Part shown: positions 19,888 to 30,322 of the stretch, piece after piece
How the letters are laid out: the number at the start of each line of letters is the position of its first letter
Numbering within the stretch: position 1 is the first letter of the stretch
Origin: an uncultured bacterium
GTDB lineage: Bacteria > Patescibacteriota > Minisyncoccia > Phycocordibacterales > Phycocordibacteraceae
Assembly: GCA_963851445.1 (NCBI GenBank)
Contig: CAWKPH010000001.1
Location: 553,363 to 617,362, forward strand
Length of the DNA: 64,000 nt
Reading direction: 5' to 3'
Notes under the pieces: generated by a model
Told to the model about the DNA's origin: nothing
Seen by the model: the letters and a program-made list of their open reading frames with translations, nothing else
Database searches by the model: none
Program-made: the position numbers and the translations under genes

Positions 19888-21812
19888 AGAGGAATATGTA
19901 GCGATGGAAGAAGCCGTTTGATAATTTCCTTTTTCGAGAGTGTTGCGACCCCCGTCGCGCAGTCGCCCCCGCCGTAATACACATAGAGCGTATCGTCACG
20001 CAACACAGCACCACACGAAAAGACGACGTTATGGACCTGTCCCTTACGCTCCCATTCAAGTATAGGTTCCAGGATTGGCATTGCCGTTCGAGAAATCACA
20101 CTTATACCGGCTTCCGCATCGAGAAGTGCCGCACCAAGTCGATATGCAAAATCGGGCCCCACCGCGTGGTATAGATAGAGCCACCCTTCTTCAACCCGTA
20201 TCGGTGGAGCAGCGCTTCCCACTTTTATGCCATCCCACATACCAAGCCTTGGAACCATAAGATCGATGCTGCGTTTTATCTTGGCAGTATCCATGGCATG
20301 TGGTGGAGGAAATTCATCAAGGAAATCGACACATATATTCGGATCAATCCGATGGATAAGCATAGTCTTTCCGCCAATTGGTTCAGGAAATATACAGAAG
20401 TCCTTGTCGTTTATGCCCACAGGGCTCAAAAATTGTGGTGACGACCAGTTGAAGTTCCTGGCAAGGAAATCATCGACAGAAATCGTTGAGAGCGCGCCAT
20501 GCGCGAGAACACCATCAAATGCAGTATAGGTGAGATAGAGTACATCACCGATGCGGGTAAGACGAGGATCTTCGGTACCACGTGCTTCTAAAACTTCGCG
20601 TGGTTTATATACTGGGTCAGGTAAACGTTCATCTATGTGGATGCCGTCCTTCGATTGTGCATATCCAAGGCGTGAAATCCCATCCTCTCCCATAGCACGG
20701 TAAAGGAGATGTATCGACCCTTCGAGTTCGATCGCGGCGGCATTGAACGTGGATAGTGATTCCCATGGATGCGAAGGATCTGGAGAAAGTATTGGTTGCT
20801 CGCTGACTCGGTTCATAAATTGAGCACGCTTATCCGCATACATGCAAGAAAGAAGGTCACTAAGAGAAAGCGCAGCTTCAGCCGCTACGGTATCCGCAGC
20901 TCCGTAAAATATGCGCAGAGTATCGCCATTCACGAGCGCGCCGGAAGGAAATACTACATTGGAGACGACGCCATACTTTTCATAAGGTTCTTCGGGTACC
21001 AAGAAGGGAAACTCGGTCTTTGCGAGTATCTGTTGTGGATCGTCAGAATCTAGTAGCAGCGCTTCGATTCCAAAGATCCGATTTCGTTCATCATAATAAT
21101 TTTGAATATGCGAATAGACAAGAAGCCATCCTTCTTTGGTCAAGATGGGAGTGGCGCCAATCTCTACGTGCTCAGTATCAGCACGCCTTACATCTGGAAA
21201 GGCATGATTCTCGAGATGCTCGTGCCATACATTCCAAAATTCGGGATTCCAAAAATCTTCAATATTCGATGCGTGTGCAAGACCAATGGTGGGACGTGGG
21301 TGTTCCTCGGTAAAATCAGTGTGGGCGGTTACCAGCATCACTACTTGGCCGTTGATGCGTTCGGGGAAAAGCGTAGCTGCCTTCGCATTGAAAGGTGTGA
21401 CGAGATGTCTTTCAGTCAGCTCGTCAGGGCGATCGCCTATGGCGACCGCCGCTTTGATGTTATCTGGACCGAACGGATATCCACCTAGCGCAGTGTAGAA
21501 AACATACCACTTACCCTCAAAGAACGTCGCGCGCGGATCTTCGCATCCGTATGTCTCCCAATCTTCTTTAGGGGCAATGACCTGTTTTCGATTTTCGAAC
21601 CCCCCGTCTTTATGCAAACATGTATAACCAATTGTTGAAAAGCCGCGTCCTGGGGTACGAATTTGATCTGGCTCAGCCATCGCTCGATAAAAAAGATGTG
21701 TGTCGCTTTCATGCACAACCGCTGAGGGATTAAAAGTGCCAATCGCTTCAAATGCATTCGCTCGCACAGGCGAGAGAAGTGGATTCCTTGGTGAACGGAA
21801 GACCGATAACAT
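19884..21812 (-). CDS. Tandem two-domain GH130-family beta-mannoside phosphorylase/glycosidase
   Basis: Two repeats of FN(P/A)xA...LxYRA...EDPR...NVVF...YG(A/G)xD five-bladed propeller motifs. Confidence 0.85.
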   Translation of the reverse strand: MLSVFRSPRNPLLSPVRANAFEAIGTFNPSAVVHESDTHLFYRAMAEPDQIRTPGRGFSTIGYTCLHKDGGFENRKQVIAPKEDWETYGCEDPRATFFEGKWYVFYTALGGYPFGPDNIKAAVAIGDRPDELTERHLVTPFNAKAATLFPERINGQVVMLVTAHTDFTEEHPRPTIGLAHASNIEDFWNPEFWNVWHEHLENHAFPDVRRADTEHVEIGATPILTKEGWLLVYSHIQNYYDERNRIFGIEALLLDSDDPQQILAKTEFPFLVPEEPYEKYGVVSNVVFPSGALVNGDTLRIFYGAADTVAAEAALSLSDLLSCMYADKRAQFMNRVSEQPILSPDPSHPWESLSTFNAAAIELEGSIHLLYRAMGEDGISRLGYAQSKDGIHIDERLPDPVYKPREVLEARGTEDPRLTRIGDVLYLTYTAFDGVLAHGALSTISVDDFLARNFNWSSPQFLSPVGINDKDFCIFPEPIGGKTMLIHRIDPNICVDFLDEFPPPHAMDTAKIKRSIDLMVPRLGMWDGIKVGSAAPPIRVEEGWLYLYHAVGPDFAYRLGAALLDAEAGISVISRTAMPILEPILEWERKGQVHNVVFSCGAVLRDDTLYVYYGGGDCATGVATLSKKEIIKRLLPSLHIPL

Positions 21813-21814
21813 AG

Positions 21815-22987
21815 TTATACGCCTATTGGCATACTGAGCACAGTGGGGGAAAGAGCCTGAGGCTCATGCTTGAGAAGCTTGTTCACAAATTGCGAAAGAG
21901 AGGTTGTGGCGCTGCAAACGAAATTGTCTGCGGCCCCGTAATACACGGTGAGCCGGTCATTCTCTTTGGCTGTGCCACAGGCATACACAACGCCTGGTTT
22001 TGCACCACCCATCTCATATTCTGTATTGGGTGTAAGCACGGGTATAGGACTGCGTACAATTACCTTTGTAGGGTCATTCTTTTCAAGAAGCATCGCTCCA
22101 ATTTGATAGAGATACTCGCTGCTGGTCGCATGGTAAAAGAGCAGCCACCCCTTATCAGTTTTAACTGGTGCTGGTCCTGCGCCACGCACCCAACTATCCC
22201 AGTGATTCGCGCGCCCTTCGGTCCTGGCTCCTCGTGGACTTTCAATATAAGGTTCTGACGTACCGACTGAGCCAAGATCTTTTCGATAGGCGACCTGAAC
22301 ATTTGGTGAAATGCTATGAAGTATGGCAAACATGCCATTTATTTTCTCGGGGAAAAGCACCCAATTCTTGTGGACTTCATTTTGCCGCGAAAGGAATACC
22401 GGCTTTGACCAATTCCAACGCTTCTTTTTCAGATCGGAAAGCGCAATTGAGGTAGTTGTGATACGCACCGAATCCCAGTTATGAAAGGCCGAAAATGTGA
22501 GATAGACACGATCACCCATGAGTACTGCACGTGGATCTTCTGCGCCACCCCATGACCCACCTGATGCGATTAGTTCAGGATAATGTGCATGGGCATATGC
22601 GCGACGCATCGCATCCAAATGTGGATCAGGCCCTTCAAATGCAAAGACAGGATAGGGAAGACGTTCATCGATATGTATACCGTCCTTTGAAGATGCGTAG
22701 CCAATGCGTGAGACGCCATCGCTGCCAATTGCTCGGTAAAAGAGATGAGTTTTTTCGCCATCACTTATCGCAGCAGGATTCATTACCGCCTCCTTCTCAA
22801 AATCATAACCACTCGGATGAAGAAGGGGATTGCCTTCGTTGCGCTTGAGCGAAAAATCTGCCGTGTCTATGGCATGCTGTTTCTCCATCCGCTTTGGCTG
22901 ACGGAATAATTCCCAAGCACCCCATAAGAAAAGAAATGTGGTCCCCAGCGCGAGCATAATTGCGAGGAATAAGATGATGATACTCAT
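21815..22987 (-). CDS. GH130-family glycosidase with N-terminal membrane anchor
   Basis: MNPAA, LFYRAIG, EDPRA, KNWVLFPEKING, GWLLFYHA, YYGAAD; hydrophobic N-terminus. Confidence 0.85.
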   Translation of the reverse strand: MSIIILFLAIMLALGTTFLFLWGAWELFRQPKRMEKQHAIDTADFSLKRNEGNPLLHPSGYDFEKEAVMNPAAISDGEKTHLFYRAIGSDGVSRIGYASSKDGIHIDERLPYPVFAFEGPDPHLDAMRRAYAHAHYPELIASGGSWGGAEDPRAVLMGDRVYLTFSAFHNWDSVRITTTSIALSDLKKKRWNWSKPVFLSRQNEVHKNWVLFPEKINGMFAILHSISPNVQVAYRKDLGSVGTSEPYIESPRGARTEGRANHWDSWVRGAGPAPVKTDKGWLLFYHATSSEYLYQIGAMLLEKNDPTKVIVRSPIPVLTPNTEYEMGGAKPGVVYACGTAKENDRLTVYYGAADNFVCSATTSLSQFVNKLLKHEPQALSPTVLSMPIGV

Positions 22988-23002
22988 AATATTCTTATAA
23001 AT

Positions 23003-23356
23003 TTATACACGTCCGAAATCATCCTCGACACGTTCAATGTCGTTCTCATCAAAGTTTCCGATTGAAATCTCGAGTACCGCTACGCCCTGCTCACCGCCCC
23101 TCAGTCTATGGAGTGTTTCTGGGGGAATTTCAATTTCGTCGTTCATACTGATCTGCCATTCCTTATCACCAACATGAGCAACTCCGTCTCCTCCAATGAC
23201 CTTCCACCATTCTGAGCGGTGCGTATGCTTTTGGAGAGATAGTTCCTTGTTAGCGTCAATGTGCAGAATCTTTACAGTCGAAGGTTCATTTTCAGTAAAT
23301 CGTTCAAACGATCCCCAGGGGCGATGCTCCTCATACCGATTAGACAAAAGGGACAT
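23003..23356 (-). CDS. Mannose-6-phosphate isomerase type II cupin domain protein
   Basis: RPWGSF, LSLQKHTHRSEWW, HRL, EISIG...DIERVEDDFGR. Confidence 0.9.
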   Translation of the reverse strand: MSLLSNRYEEHRPWGSFERFTENEPSTVKILHIDANKELSLQKHTHRSEWWKVIGGDGVAHVGDKEWQISMNDEIEIPPETLHRLRGGEQGVAVLEISIGNFDENDIERVEDDFGRV

Positions 23357-23483
23357 AAGATATATACAGAATACCTTATAATCGCTCGGTTTACTCTGGG
23401 GAATAAGTGCATAGCAGAATTCATCTTCTCAAGTCAATTCGCCATATAAACTTATGCAAGTATACTAAGCACACCTGTCACTT

Positions 23484-24236
23484 ATGGAACGGATACCTTT
23501 TTTCTCGATTGTAGTTCCTGCCCATAATGAGGAAGCATACATAGGACAGACGCTTGAAAAGCTCTGTGCGCTCGAGTACCCGAAGGATTTCTATGAGGTA
23601 ATTGTCGTCGAGAACGGTTCTGACGATGCTACTCTTATGAAAGCAAGAGAATTTGAGCACGGAAGGGATACCCCTATCAAAGTATTTACCTGTAAGGAAC
23701 CAGGCGTTTCAAGAGCGCGAAATATGGGTAGCACGAAGGTTCGTAGCGATGCGGACTGGGTATTTTTTCTTGACGCCGATACCTTTCCTGACCCACCCTT
23801 TTTGCGATCGTTCCTACGATACCTTGACGCGAATGCATCTAAAAAATTTGTCGTCGGCACAGTATCCCTTGGGCCTTATCCCTCAACCATAGTCATGCGT
23901 GTGATATACGCGGTTACGAATGTATTCTTTTCATTCTCCGGTGCCGCTTACGGCGGCGCACTCCTCATCCGCCGTGAACTACTCGAGTCGATTTCGTTTG
24001 AAGAAGATATTCATGTTGGTGAGGAGGCATCACTCATCACATGCGCAAAACGAAAGGGACGATATTTTTTCTTTTACACTGCATACGCTCACACATCAAC
24101 ACGCAGATTTCAGAATGGTGGCTGGAAAAAAATCCCAATTTGGATAGGAATGTGGATATTTGCTATGATAGTTCCAAACCATGCCTCCATTTCATCCTCA
24201 ATCCATCGTCGCTTCAAGTACAAAGCAGTTCGCTAA
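23484..24236 (+). CDS. Glycosyltransferase family 2
   Basis: SIVVPAHNEE, ENGSDD, ARNMG, FLDAD, TSTRRF. Confidence 0.9.
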   Translation: MERIPFFSIVVPAHNEEAYIGQTLEKLCALEYPKDFYEVIVVENGSDDATLMKAREFEHGRDTPIKVFTCKEPGVSRARNMGSTKVRSDADWVFFLDADTFPDPPFLRSFLRYLDANASKKFVVGTVSLGPYPSTIVMRVIYAVTNVFFSFSGAAYGGALLIRRELLESISFEEDIHVGEEASLITCAKRKGRYFFFYTAYAHTSTRRFQNGGWKKIPIWIGMWIFAMIVPNHASISSSIHRRFKYKAVR

Positions 24237-24237
24237 A

Positions 24238-24972
24238 TTGCATCAAGCAACAACGCATTTTGCATCTCGATTCATCACGACCCCAGTCGCCGCATTCATT
24301 GCTTGGCTCAGTGTTCATACACACATTGCATATCTAGCACTTTTTATCGGTGCCTATCTTGATGCACTTATTGGTCCTTCACTTTTAATACCCGGTGAAG
24401 TCGTGTTCCTTTCGGGTTCGATTCTTGCGGGAAGACACGTTCTTCTTATTTGGCTCGTAGCTCTTTATGTATATCTGGGAGGCATTTTGGGGGATACAAC
24501 AAGCTATTGGATTGGGCGCGCGCTCGGCATTTCTCTTTTTCACGAACGTAAGAAGTTTCTGAACATAAGGCACTATCACAATGCGCGGAAGTTTGTCGAC
24601 AAGTACGGTCCGAAAGCAATTTTTTTTGCTCGACTCGTAGGCCCATTCTCAAAGATCGCACCAACCCTTGCCGGTATTCTCGAAATCCCTTTCGGGACTT
24701 TTCTCCTATATAACATCCCAGGCGTATTGGTTGGTATCGGGGAGTTCCTTCTCATCGGATATATTTTTGGGAATCGCTATGAGCTTGTCCTGTGGCTCTT
24801 TGAGCGATATACGATTCTATTTTTTATTGCGCTTTTTGCAGCACTCCTTATCCATTGGCAATATAAAAAACACCGCGCTCGCAAGAAGCGAAATGGGCTG
24901 AGATACCAAGGATGGGGAAGACAAAACAAAAGATTCCTAAGGAGTAATGGAATTCAGCAGGAAGTGGGGTAG
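24238..24972 (+). CDS. DedA/SNARE-associated membrane protein (start uncertain)
   Basis: IPGE, LGDTTSYWIGR, YGPKAIFFARLVG. Confidence 0.88.
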   Translation: MHQATTHFASRFITTPVAAFIAWLSVHTHIAYLALFIGAYLDALIGPSLLIPGEVVFLSGSILAGRHVLLIWLVALYVYLGGILGDTTSYWIGRALGISLFHERKKFLNIRHYHNARKFVDKYGPKAIFFARLVGPFSKIAPTLAGILEIPFGTFLLYNIPGVLVGIGEFLLIGYIFGNRYELVLWLFERYTILFFIALFAALLIHWQYKKHRARKKRNGLRYQGWGRQNKRFLRSNGIQQEVG

Positions 24973-24984
24973 TATAGGTAGCGT

Positions 24985-25845
24985 ATGCTCACATACACGC
25001 AAGCATTCATTCTAGGACTCGTGCAGGGTGTGACTGAACTTTTTCCGGTTTCGAGCCTCGGCCACAGTGTACTTCTTCCCACACTTCTGGGCTGGCAGAT
25101 ATCGCAAAGTGCCCCTATGTTTGTCGAATTTCTAGTCATCACGCACGTTGCGACCGCACTTACCCTACTCGCATACTTTTGGCAGGACTGGATACGCCTT
25201 GCTAAGGGTTTTATTCGGTTGATTTTTACACAAAGTACTAGTCCGACAGATCCGTATAGCCGGCTTGCATGGCTTCTTGTGGTCGCCACCATTCCAGCAG
25301 GTCTTCTGGGCCTTCTCTTCCAGAATTCGATTGAGAACTTATTTTCTGCACCACGTATCGTTGCTGGAATGCTGATTTTGAACGGATTACTGCTCTATAT
25401 AGCTGAAAGCTTAAAACGCCGTCGCACACGTCTCGAAAACACGCGTATCTCGGGTGATGTTGCGATAGTAACTAAACTTTCGTGGCTTTCTGCGTTCGGC
25501 ACGGGACTCATGCAAGCACTCGCACTTATTCCAGGATTCTCTCGTACCGGGGCTTCGCTCACAGGAGGTCTCCTTTCTGGACTTGATCGCGAAAGCGCAG
25601 CACGTTTCTCGTTCCTTCTTGCAACGCCCCTCATACTTGCCGCTGGAGCACTTAAATTGCCACAACTCTTCCATGCTCAGTATCCTGTTATGCCGCTTCT
25701 TTTTGGCGCGCTTATTGCCGCGTGCGCCTCATACCTTTCTGTAGCATTTCTTACGCGGTACTTTAGAACGAACACACTCATACCATTTGCATGGTACTGT
25801 ATCGTACTAGGCGGGCTATCTCTTATCGCTCTTGTCTATTTTTAA
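24985..25845 (+). CDS. uppP: Undecaprenyl-diphosphatase
   Basis: LGLVQGVTELFPVSSLGH, ALIPGFSRTGAS, AARFSFLLA. Confidence 0.95.
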   Translation: MLTYTQAFILGLVQGVTELFPVSSLGHSVLLPTLLGWQISQSAPMFVEFLVITHVATALTLLAYFWQDWIRLAKGFIRLIFTQSTSPTDPYSRLAWLLVVATIPAGLLGLLFQNSIENLFSAPRIVAGMLILNGLLLYIAESLKRRRTRLENTRISGDVAIVTKLSWLSAFGTGLMQALALIPGFSRTGASLTGGLLSGLDRESAARFSFLLATPLILAAGALKLPQLFHAQYPVMPLLFGALIAACASYLSVAFLTRYFRTNTLIPFAWYCIVLGGLSLIALVYF

Positions 25846-25944
25846 TTCTGAGTATCCTTATAGTCACAAGGATCGTATTTATGTTTTCGACCTATACAAA
25901 ATCATGCTAGCGTATAAGAGAAAATGTGACACAGTGAAAAAATC

Positions 25945-26886
25945 ATGAAATTTTCATGCATTTCTGCGGTTATCCCAGTTCATAATGAGGCAGGGAACCT
26001 GAAAAGACTCCACGAGGAGCTCGTCCAGGTACTTTCGACTTGTAGCTCAGAGTACGAAATTATTTATGTAAACGATGCAAGTACTGATGGATCGCTCGCT
26101 GAGCTCCAAACATTGAAGGATTGTACGATTATTAATTTGCGTCGCAAATACGGTCAGGCGACTGCACTCGATGCCGGTTTCAAGGCAGCGAAAGGAGATT
26201 TGATCGTCTCGCTTGACGGCGACGGTCAGAATGACCCCGCAGATATTCCAAAACTACTCCGTGAGCTTGAGGACAAGAATTTCGATGTCGTTACTGGCTG
26301 GCGCAAGCAACGCGCTGACAATCATGGTATTCGAGTCCTTACGCGTATTGGTCGTGCATTCCGGCGGTTTCTCATCCAGGATCCAGCTCATGACACCGGG
26401 TGTACCCTCCGAGTGTATCGCGCCGAAGCTATAAAGAGCCTTGAACTCGGGGGTGAAATGCATCGCTACATACTCGCACTCTTGCGCTGGAAGGGATTCA
26501 CTGTTGGAGAAGTCGTCGTGAGGGACCGTCCACGCTTACATGGCAAGAGCAAATACGGCTATGGCAAGGCTGTACGAGGGCTTATTGATCTCATATACAT
26601 TTGGTTCATTTACAAATATTCACAGCGCCCGCTCCACCTCTTTGGCTATATGAGCTTTGCTGCGCTTGCGGCCGGCGCCATATCCCTTGTTCTCACTATT
26701 TATGACCGCACGGTACTGGGTATCCACCTGAATGACGATGGCTGGTTTTATATCACATTCTTTCTTTTAATCGCGGCAATAATGCTATTCTCATTTGGCA
26801 TCATCATTGATCTATTGCTGCGCATCTACCTCAGTACCTCGTCCGTGCAAAAACCATACTACGTTAAGGATATTCAAAAGATATAG
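25945..26886 (+). CDS. Polyprenol-phosphate glycosyltransferase, GT2 (ArnC/GtrB-like)
   Basis: VIPVHNE, VNDASTD, YGQATAL, LDGDGQNDPADIP, DTGC, two C-terminal TM segments. Confidence 0.9.
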   Translation: MKFSCISAVIPVHNEAGNLKRLHEELVQVLSTCSSEYEIIYVNDASTDGSLAELQTLKDCTIINLRRKYGQATALDAGFKAAKGDLIVSLDGDGQNDPADIPKLLRELEDKNFDVVTGWRKQRADNHGIRVLTRIGRAFRRFLIQDPAHDTGCTLRVYRAEAIKSLELGGEMHRYILALLRWKGFTVGEVVVRDRPRLHGKSKYGYGKAVRGLIDLIYIWFIYKYSQRPLHLFGYMSFAALAAGAISLVLTIYDRTVLGIHLNDDGWFYITFFLLIAAIMLFSFGIIIDLLLRIYLSTSSVQKPYYVKDIQKI

Positions 26887-26898
26887 TTTTAGATAACT

Positions 26899-27195
26899 CT
26901 ACTTTTTCTCATTCCAACGCCATGCCGCGTGCTCACCAGTTTTGTAACAAACCCAAAGGACAATGATGGTAATAAGGATGATCCATATAAAGAAACCAGC
27001 GACCACAAGAGCTGAAGCGGGAGTAGAGCCAAGTGCAATAGGATCGTTCGAGAATTGAAGAGTGAAGAGAAGGACCGAGCCCGCAATTATAAGGGCATAG
27101 CCGAGGGTCACAAACCATCCCTCAATGGAGATGGGTACCCACCCAAGGCCATATCTTTTTGCCCTAAACCAGGGCCGTTTTTGATATCTTTTCAT
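26899..27195 (-). CDS. Small hypothetical membrane protein
   Basis: WFRAKRYGLGWVPISIEGW, 2 TM segments, C-terminal WRW. Confidence 0.7.
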   Translation of the reverse strand: MKRYQKRPWFRAKRYGLGWVPISIEGWFVTLGYALIIAGSVLLFTLQFSNDPIALGSTPASALVVAGFFIWIILITIIVLWVCYKTGEHAAWRWNEKK

Positions 27196-27380
27196 GGGTA
27201 GCAAGTGTAGTCCGTGCAAAGAGAAAAAGCAAGTCTTTAGGCCATATTTTCTCGCTTTGTCCATTCAAAGTTCCATAGAAATTGCTTGACAAAAAGGGTC
27301 CCTAGATGATAGGATAGCCCTATGGGTTAGATAGGTCAGGAGGCTCTATTCGTAGAGCCTTTCGCCTTTCTACCTCACTT

Positions 27381-28016
27381 ATGCATAAGATCCTGCCCCT
27401 CATGGGGCTACTTCTTCTAGCAAATAGTGTCTTAGCGCCAACAATGGCCAATGCCCAGACAGCGCCCGGCTCGTTTACCCCGAGTTCGACTAGCGCCCCA
27501 ACAGGCATGACGACCAACCAAGCGGTTCAGGAATCCACAGCGACACCACTCAGTCTCTCGGTGACGCTTACCTCGTATAATGCGGTTCCTGCTCAAACTA
27601 GCCCGACGCCGTGGATCACGGCGAGCGGTGCCCCCTCTGACTCGCAGGTAATCGCAGCACGATCTCACGATCTTGCGGGCGAGCTACCATACGGGACGAT
27701 TATCGCCATTGAGGGTCCGACCTCTTCTGGTGGGTATACCTGTGGCTATAGCGACGTTCAGGGTCTTATCGGGTATCGCGTAATTGCCGACGAGATGAAT
27801 ATCCGAATGAAAAACAAGGTCGACGTGATGCTTAATCAATACGATACAGTTCCTGTGGGAGACCGATATATAAATCCTGCAGTAGCCCTCGGTGCCTGCG
27901 CTGGAACACACATTCAAATAGTGGGGTACGTTAACCCCCAACATATTCCGAGCACCCAGGCAGGACTTGCAGCTCTCGTAACAGGTGGTCAAGATCTCGC
28001 ATTTGCAAAGTTCTAA
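27381..28016 (+). CDS. Secreted 3D-domain (MltA-like) protein
   Basis: Signal peptide, TSYNAVPAQT, ITASG, LPYGT, DEMN...VDV; TTGACA promoter at 27286. Confidence 0.7.
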   Translation: MHKILPLMGLLLLANSVLAPTMANAQTAPGSFTPSSTSAPTGMTTNQAVQESTATPLSLSVTLTSYNAVPAQTSPTPWITASGAPSDSQVIAARSHDLAGELPYGTIIAIEGPTSSGGYTCGYSDVQGLIGYRVIADEMNIRMKNKVDVMLNQYDTVPVGDRYINPAVALGACAGTHIQIVGYVNPQHIPSTQAGLAALVTGGQDLAFAKF

Positions 28017-28061
28017 TAGTTTCGATCACTCTCCCAAGATAATCTGCTACACTATTCGGAC

Positions 28062-29537
28062 GTGGAAAGGTGGTTTTCGGTAATGAAGAACCAGCGCGCC
28101 CTAGGCGCAACGATCCTTATTGTTGCCATACTTATAAGTGCTTCGGTGATCTTACTCTATCGACTTGGCGCTGAACCACTTCAGGACTACGATGAAGCAA
28201 CCTATGCGGAAATAACATCTGAAAGCCTCGCTTCACACCACTTCTTCTCTTTTACCTTCCTTGATAATCCTTATTTTAATAAACCGCCTCTTCTTTTTTG
28301 GTTAACCGATGCAAGTAAGTCGATCATTTCGAGTCCTGAACTAGCTGACCGTCTACCTTCAGCGCTCTCAGCCTTGGCGCTTATCGCGTTAATGATACTC
28401 ATTACATACGAGGCAACAGGAAACCCATTCGCTGCAGCCTGGGGCGGCGCCATATTACTGACTACGAGCGCATTTATCGAGCCCGCGCGGCAGGTCCGAT
28501 TCGATCTCCTCGTCACATTTTTCGATCTCCTCGCAGTATATGCCTTTTGGAAAGCTTTCGATCCTCTAAACTCTAGAAATTCTTTTCGTGGTAGGTGGTT
28601 TTTAATCTTTGGAATCTCAGTCGGGCTTGCCGTGCTTGCCAAAGGTCCTATTGCGCTCTATGCGGTCACGCCCATTTTTGGGATCGCCACTGTATATCAG
28701 AATTTCAAATGGATTCGAAACCCCTCATTTTGGTGGGGCATATTGCTATCGCTTTTGATCATTCTTCCCTGGCATCTCTATGAAACATATCGATTTGGGT
28801 TAACCTTTTGGAAGACCTATCTTGTTGATCAGCTTCTTAATCGTGTTGATGAAGTATTTTTTACTATACATCCTACTAATATGGATTATATTTCGTATGC
28901 ATTCGGTTTTGGCGCACCTTGGCTTGCAATTTTTTGCGTAAGTATTATCGTCGCAATCTTCATATGGAACCGCATATCTCCTTCTGTTCGGGCACTTTTT
29001 GCTGCCTCTGTTATTGGAGTCTTTTCGGTCTTTTCGGTTGATTTTATAACTAAAACAAAGGCATTTAATTATCTGATCCCTTTATACCCCTTTGTAGCGC
29101 TTTGCGTCTCACTCATGGGATATGAAATTGGGCGCCTGCGATTCCCTAGGATCCGGACTTTGCTCAGTTTGATTGCAATAGTACTTACGGGAATGGGTCT
29201 TTGGCTCACGATTTTCAATGCATTTCATATCAATTCTTATTACGCGAGTGAGGTATCGCTCGCTGATCAGGAGAAAGCGATCGGGACGCTTCTCAAAGAA
29301 GATCATGCTCCTACCTTCTACGTATACGACACGACCACCCTGGGTTCAATAATGTTCTATAGTGGACTCGTAAAACCAATCTTCATGGGAAGCGCGACAG
29401 CAGCGGTGTCGCAGGGATCATTTGTTCTCTACGAAACTATGCAGCACGATGCGCTCATTGCAAAATACCCCAATTTGTCAGGCATGCCGGTGTATAACGG
29501 AGCCTCCCTCAGCCTAGTTCAAGCCCAGCATGTTTAG
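28062..29537 (+). CDS. ArnT/PMT-family (GT-C) lipid-carrier-dependent glycosyltransferase
   Basis: DEATYAE, YFNKPPLLFW, RLPSAL, LAKGPI, multiple TM segments. Confidence 0.88.
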   Translation: MERWFSVMKNQRALGATILIVAILISASVILLYRLGAEPLQDYDEATYAEITSESLASHHFFSFTFLDNPYFNKPPLLFWLTDASKSIISSPELADRLPSALSALALIALMILITYEATGNPFAAAWGGAILLTTSAFIEPARQVRFDLLVTFFDLLAVYAFWKAFDPLNSRNSFRGRWFLIFGISVGLAVLAKGPIALYAVTPIFGIATVYQNFKWIRNPSFWWGILLSLLIILPWHLYETYRFGLTFWKTYLVDQLLNRVDEVFFTIHPTNMDYISYAFGFGAPWLAIFCVSIIVAIFIWNRISPSVRALFAASVIGVFSVFSVDFITKTKAFNYLIPLYPFVALCVSLMGYEIGRLRFPRIRTLLSLIAIVLTGMGLWLTIFNAFHINSYYASEVSLADQEKAIGTLLKEDHAPTFYVYDTTTLGSIMFYSGLVKPIFMGSATAAVSQGSFVLYETMQHDALIAKYPNLSGMPVYNGASLSLVQAQHV

Positions 29538-29817
29538 TTGAGCGTATCTGAAGCATCATGTTCCGGACGTAGATGAAAAGCGAGGCAATCTGTGCCGTTG
29601 TGAAGACAATATCTCGTATGTGGATGGAATAAATGAGGATAAGCACCGAGCCACCAAGGGATAGATACCAGAAGGACATTGGAATCACTACTGCCTTTTC
29701 TTTTTCGGATTTAATCCACTGTATGATGAATCGAAGAAAAAAGACGAATTGGCCGAAAAAACCAAAAACAACCCAAGGATTAAGTAGCTCGGCACTAAGC
29801 GTTGCAATGGAAGTCAT
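29509..29817 (-). CDS. LAB_N (lipid A biosynthesis N-terminal-like) small membrane protein
   Basis: GFFGQFVFFLRFIIQWIKSE, IPMSFWYLSLGG, YVRN. Confidence 0.85.
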   Translation of the reverse strand: MTSIATLSAELLNPWVVFGFFGQFVFFLRFIIQWIKSEKEKAVVIPMSFWYLSLGGSVLILIYSIHIRDIVFTTAQIASLFIYVRNMMLQIRSTKHAGLELG

Positions 29818-29850
29818 GAAAATAAACGTAAGGTACAGTATACTCTGTAA

Positions 29851-30294
29851 ATGCAAAAAAGTATTGATAAACAGAAACGTAAGAAAAATAGTAAATTCAC
29901 ACCCGGAAATTTCGAATTAAAAGTCAAAAGATCAAGTGCTGGGCTAGGACTCTTTGCGGGTCAAGATATTCCAAAGGGGAAGTGTGTAATCGAATATTTT
30001 GGTAGGATTGTTAGCAAAAAGGAGGAAGAGACAAGTCGCAGCAAATATCTCTTTGAGATACGCAAAGGAAAGACTATAGACGGTGCGGCGAGAGTTAATA
30101 TTGCTCGTTACGTAAATTATTCACATCGTCCCAATTGTGAATCGGAAATCTACAAAGATAAGGTTTACTATTTTTCGATACGACCTATCAAAACAGGCCA
30201 GGAACTTACGGTCGACTACGGGAAGGAATATTATGATGAACACATAAAGCCTTATGGCTGTCGCTGTGAGATATGCGTACAAAAAGCTCGGTAA
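29851..30294 (+). CDS. SET-domain protein-lysine methyltransferase
   Basis: GLGLFA, IEYFG, ARYVNYSHRPNC, ELTVDYG, post-SET CRCEIC. Confidence 0.9.
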   Translation: MQKSIDKQKRKKNSKFTPGNFELKVKRSSAGLGLFAGQDIPKGKCVIEYFGRIVSKKEEETSRSKYLFEIRKGKTIDGAARVNIARYVNYSHRPNCESEIYKDKVYYFSIRPIKTGQELTVDYGKEYYDEHIKPYGCRCEICVQKAR

Positions 30295-30322
30295 TTAAAT
30301 ATCTAGAGGAACAAAAAAGAAT

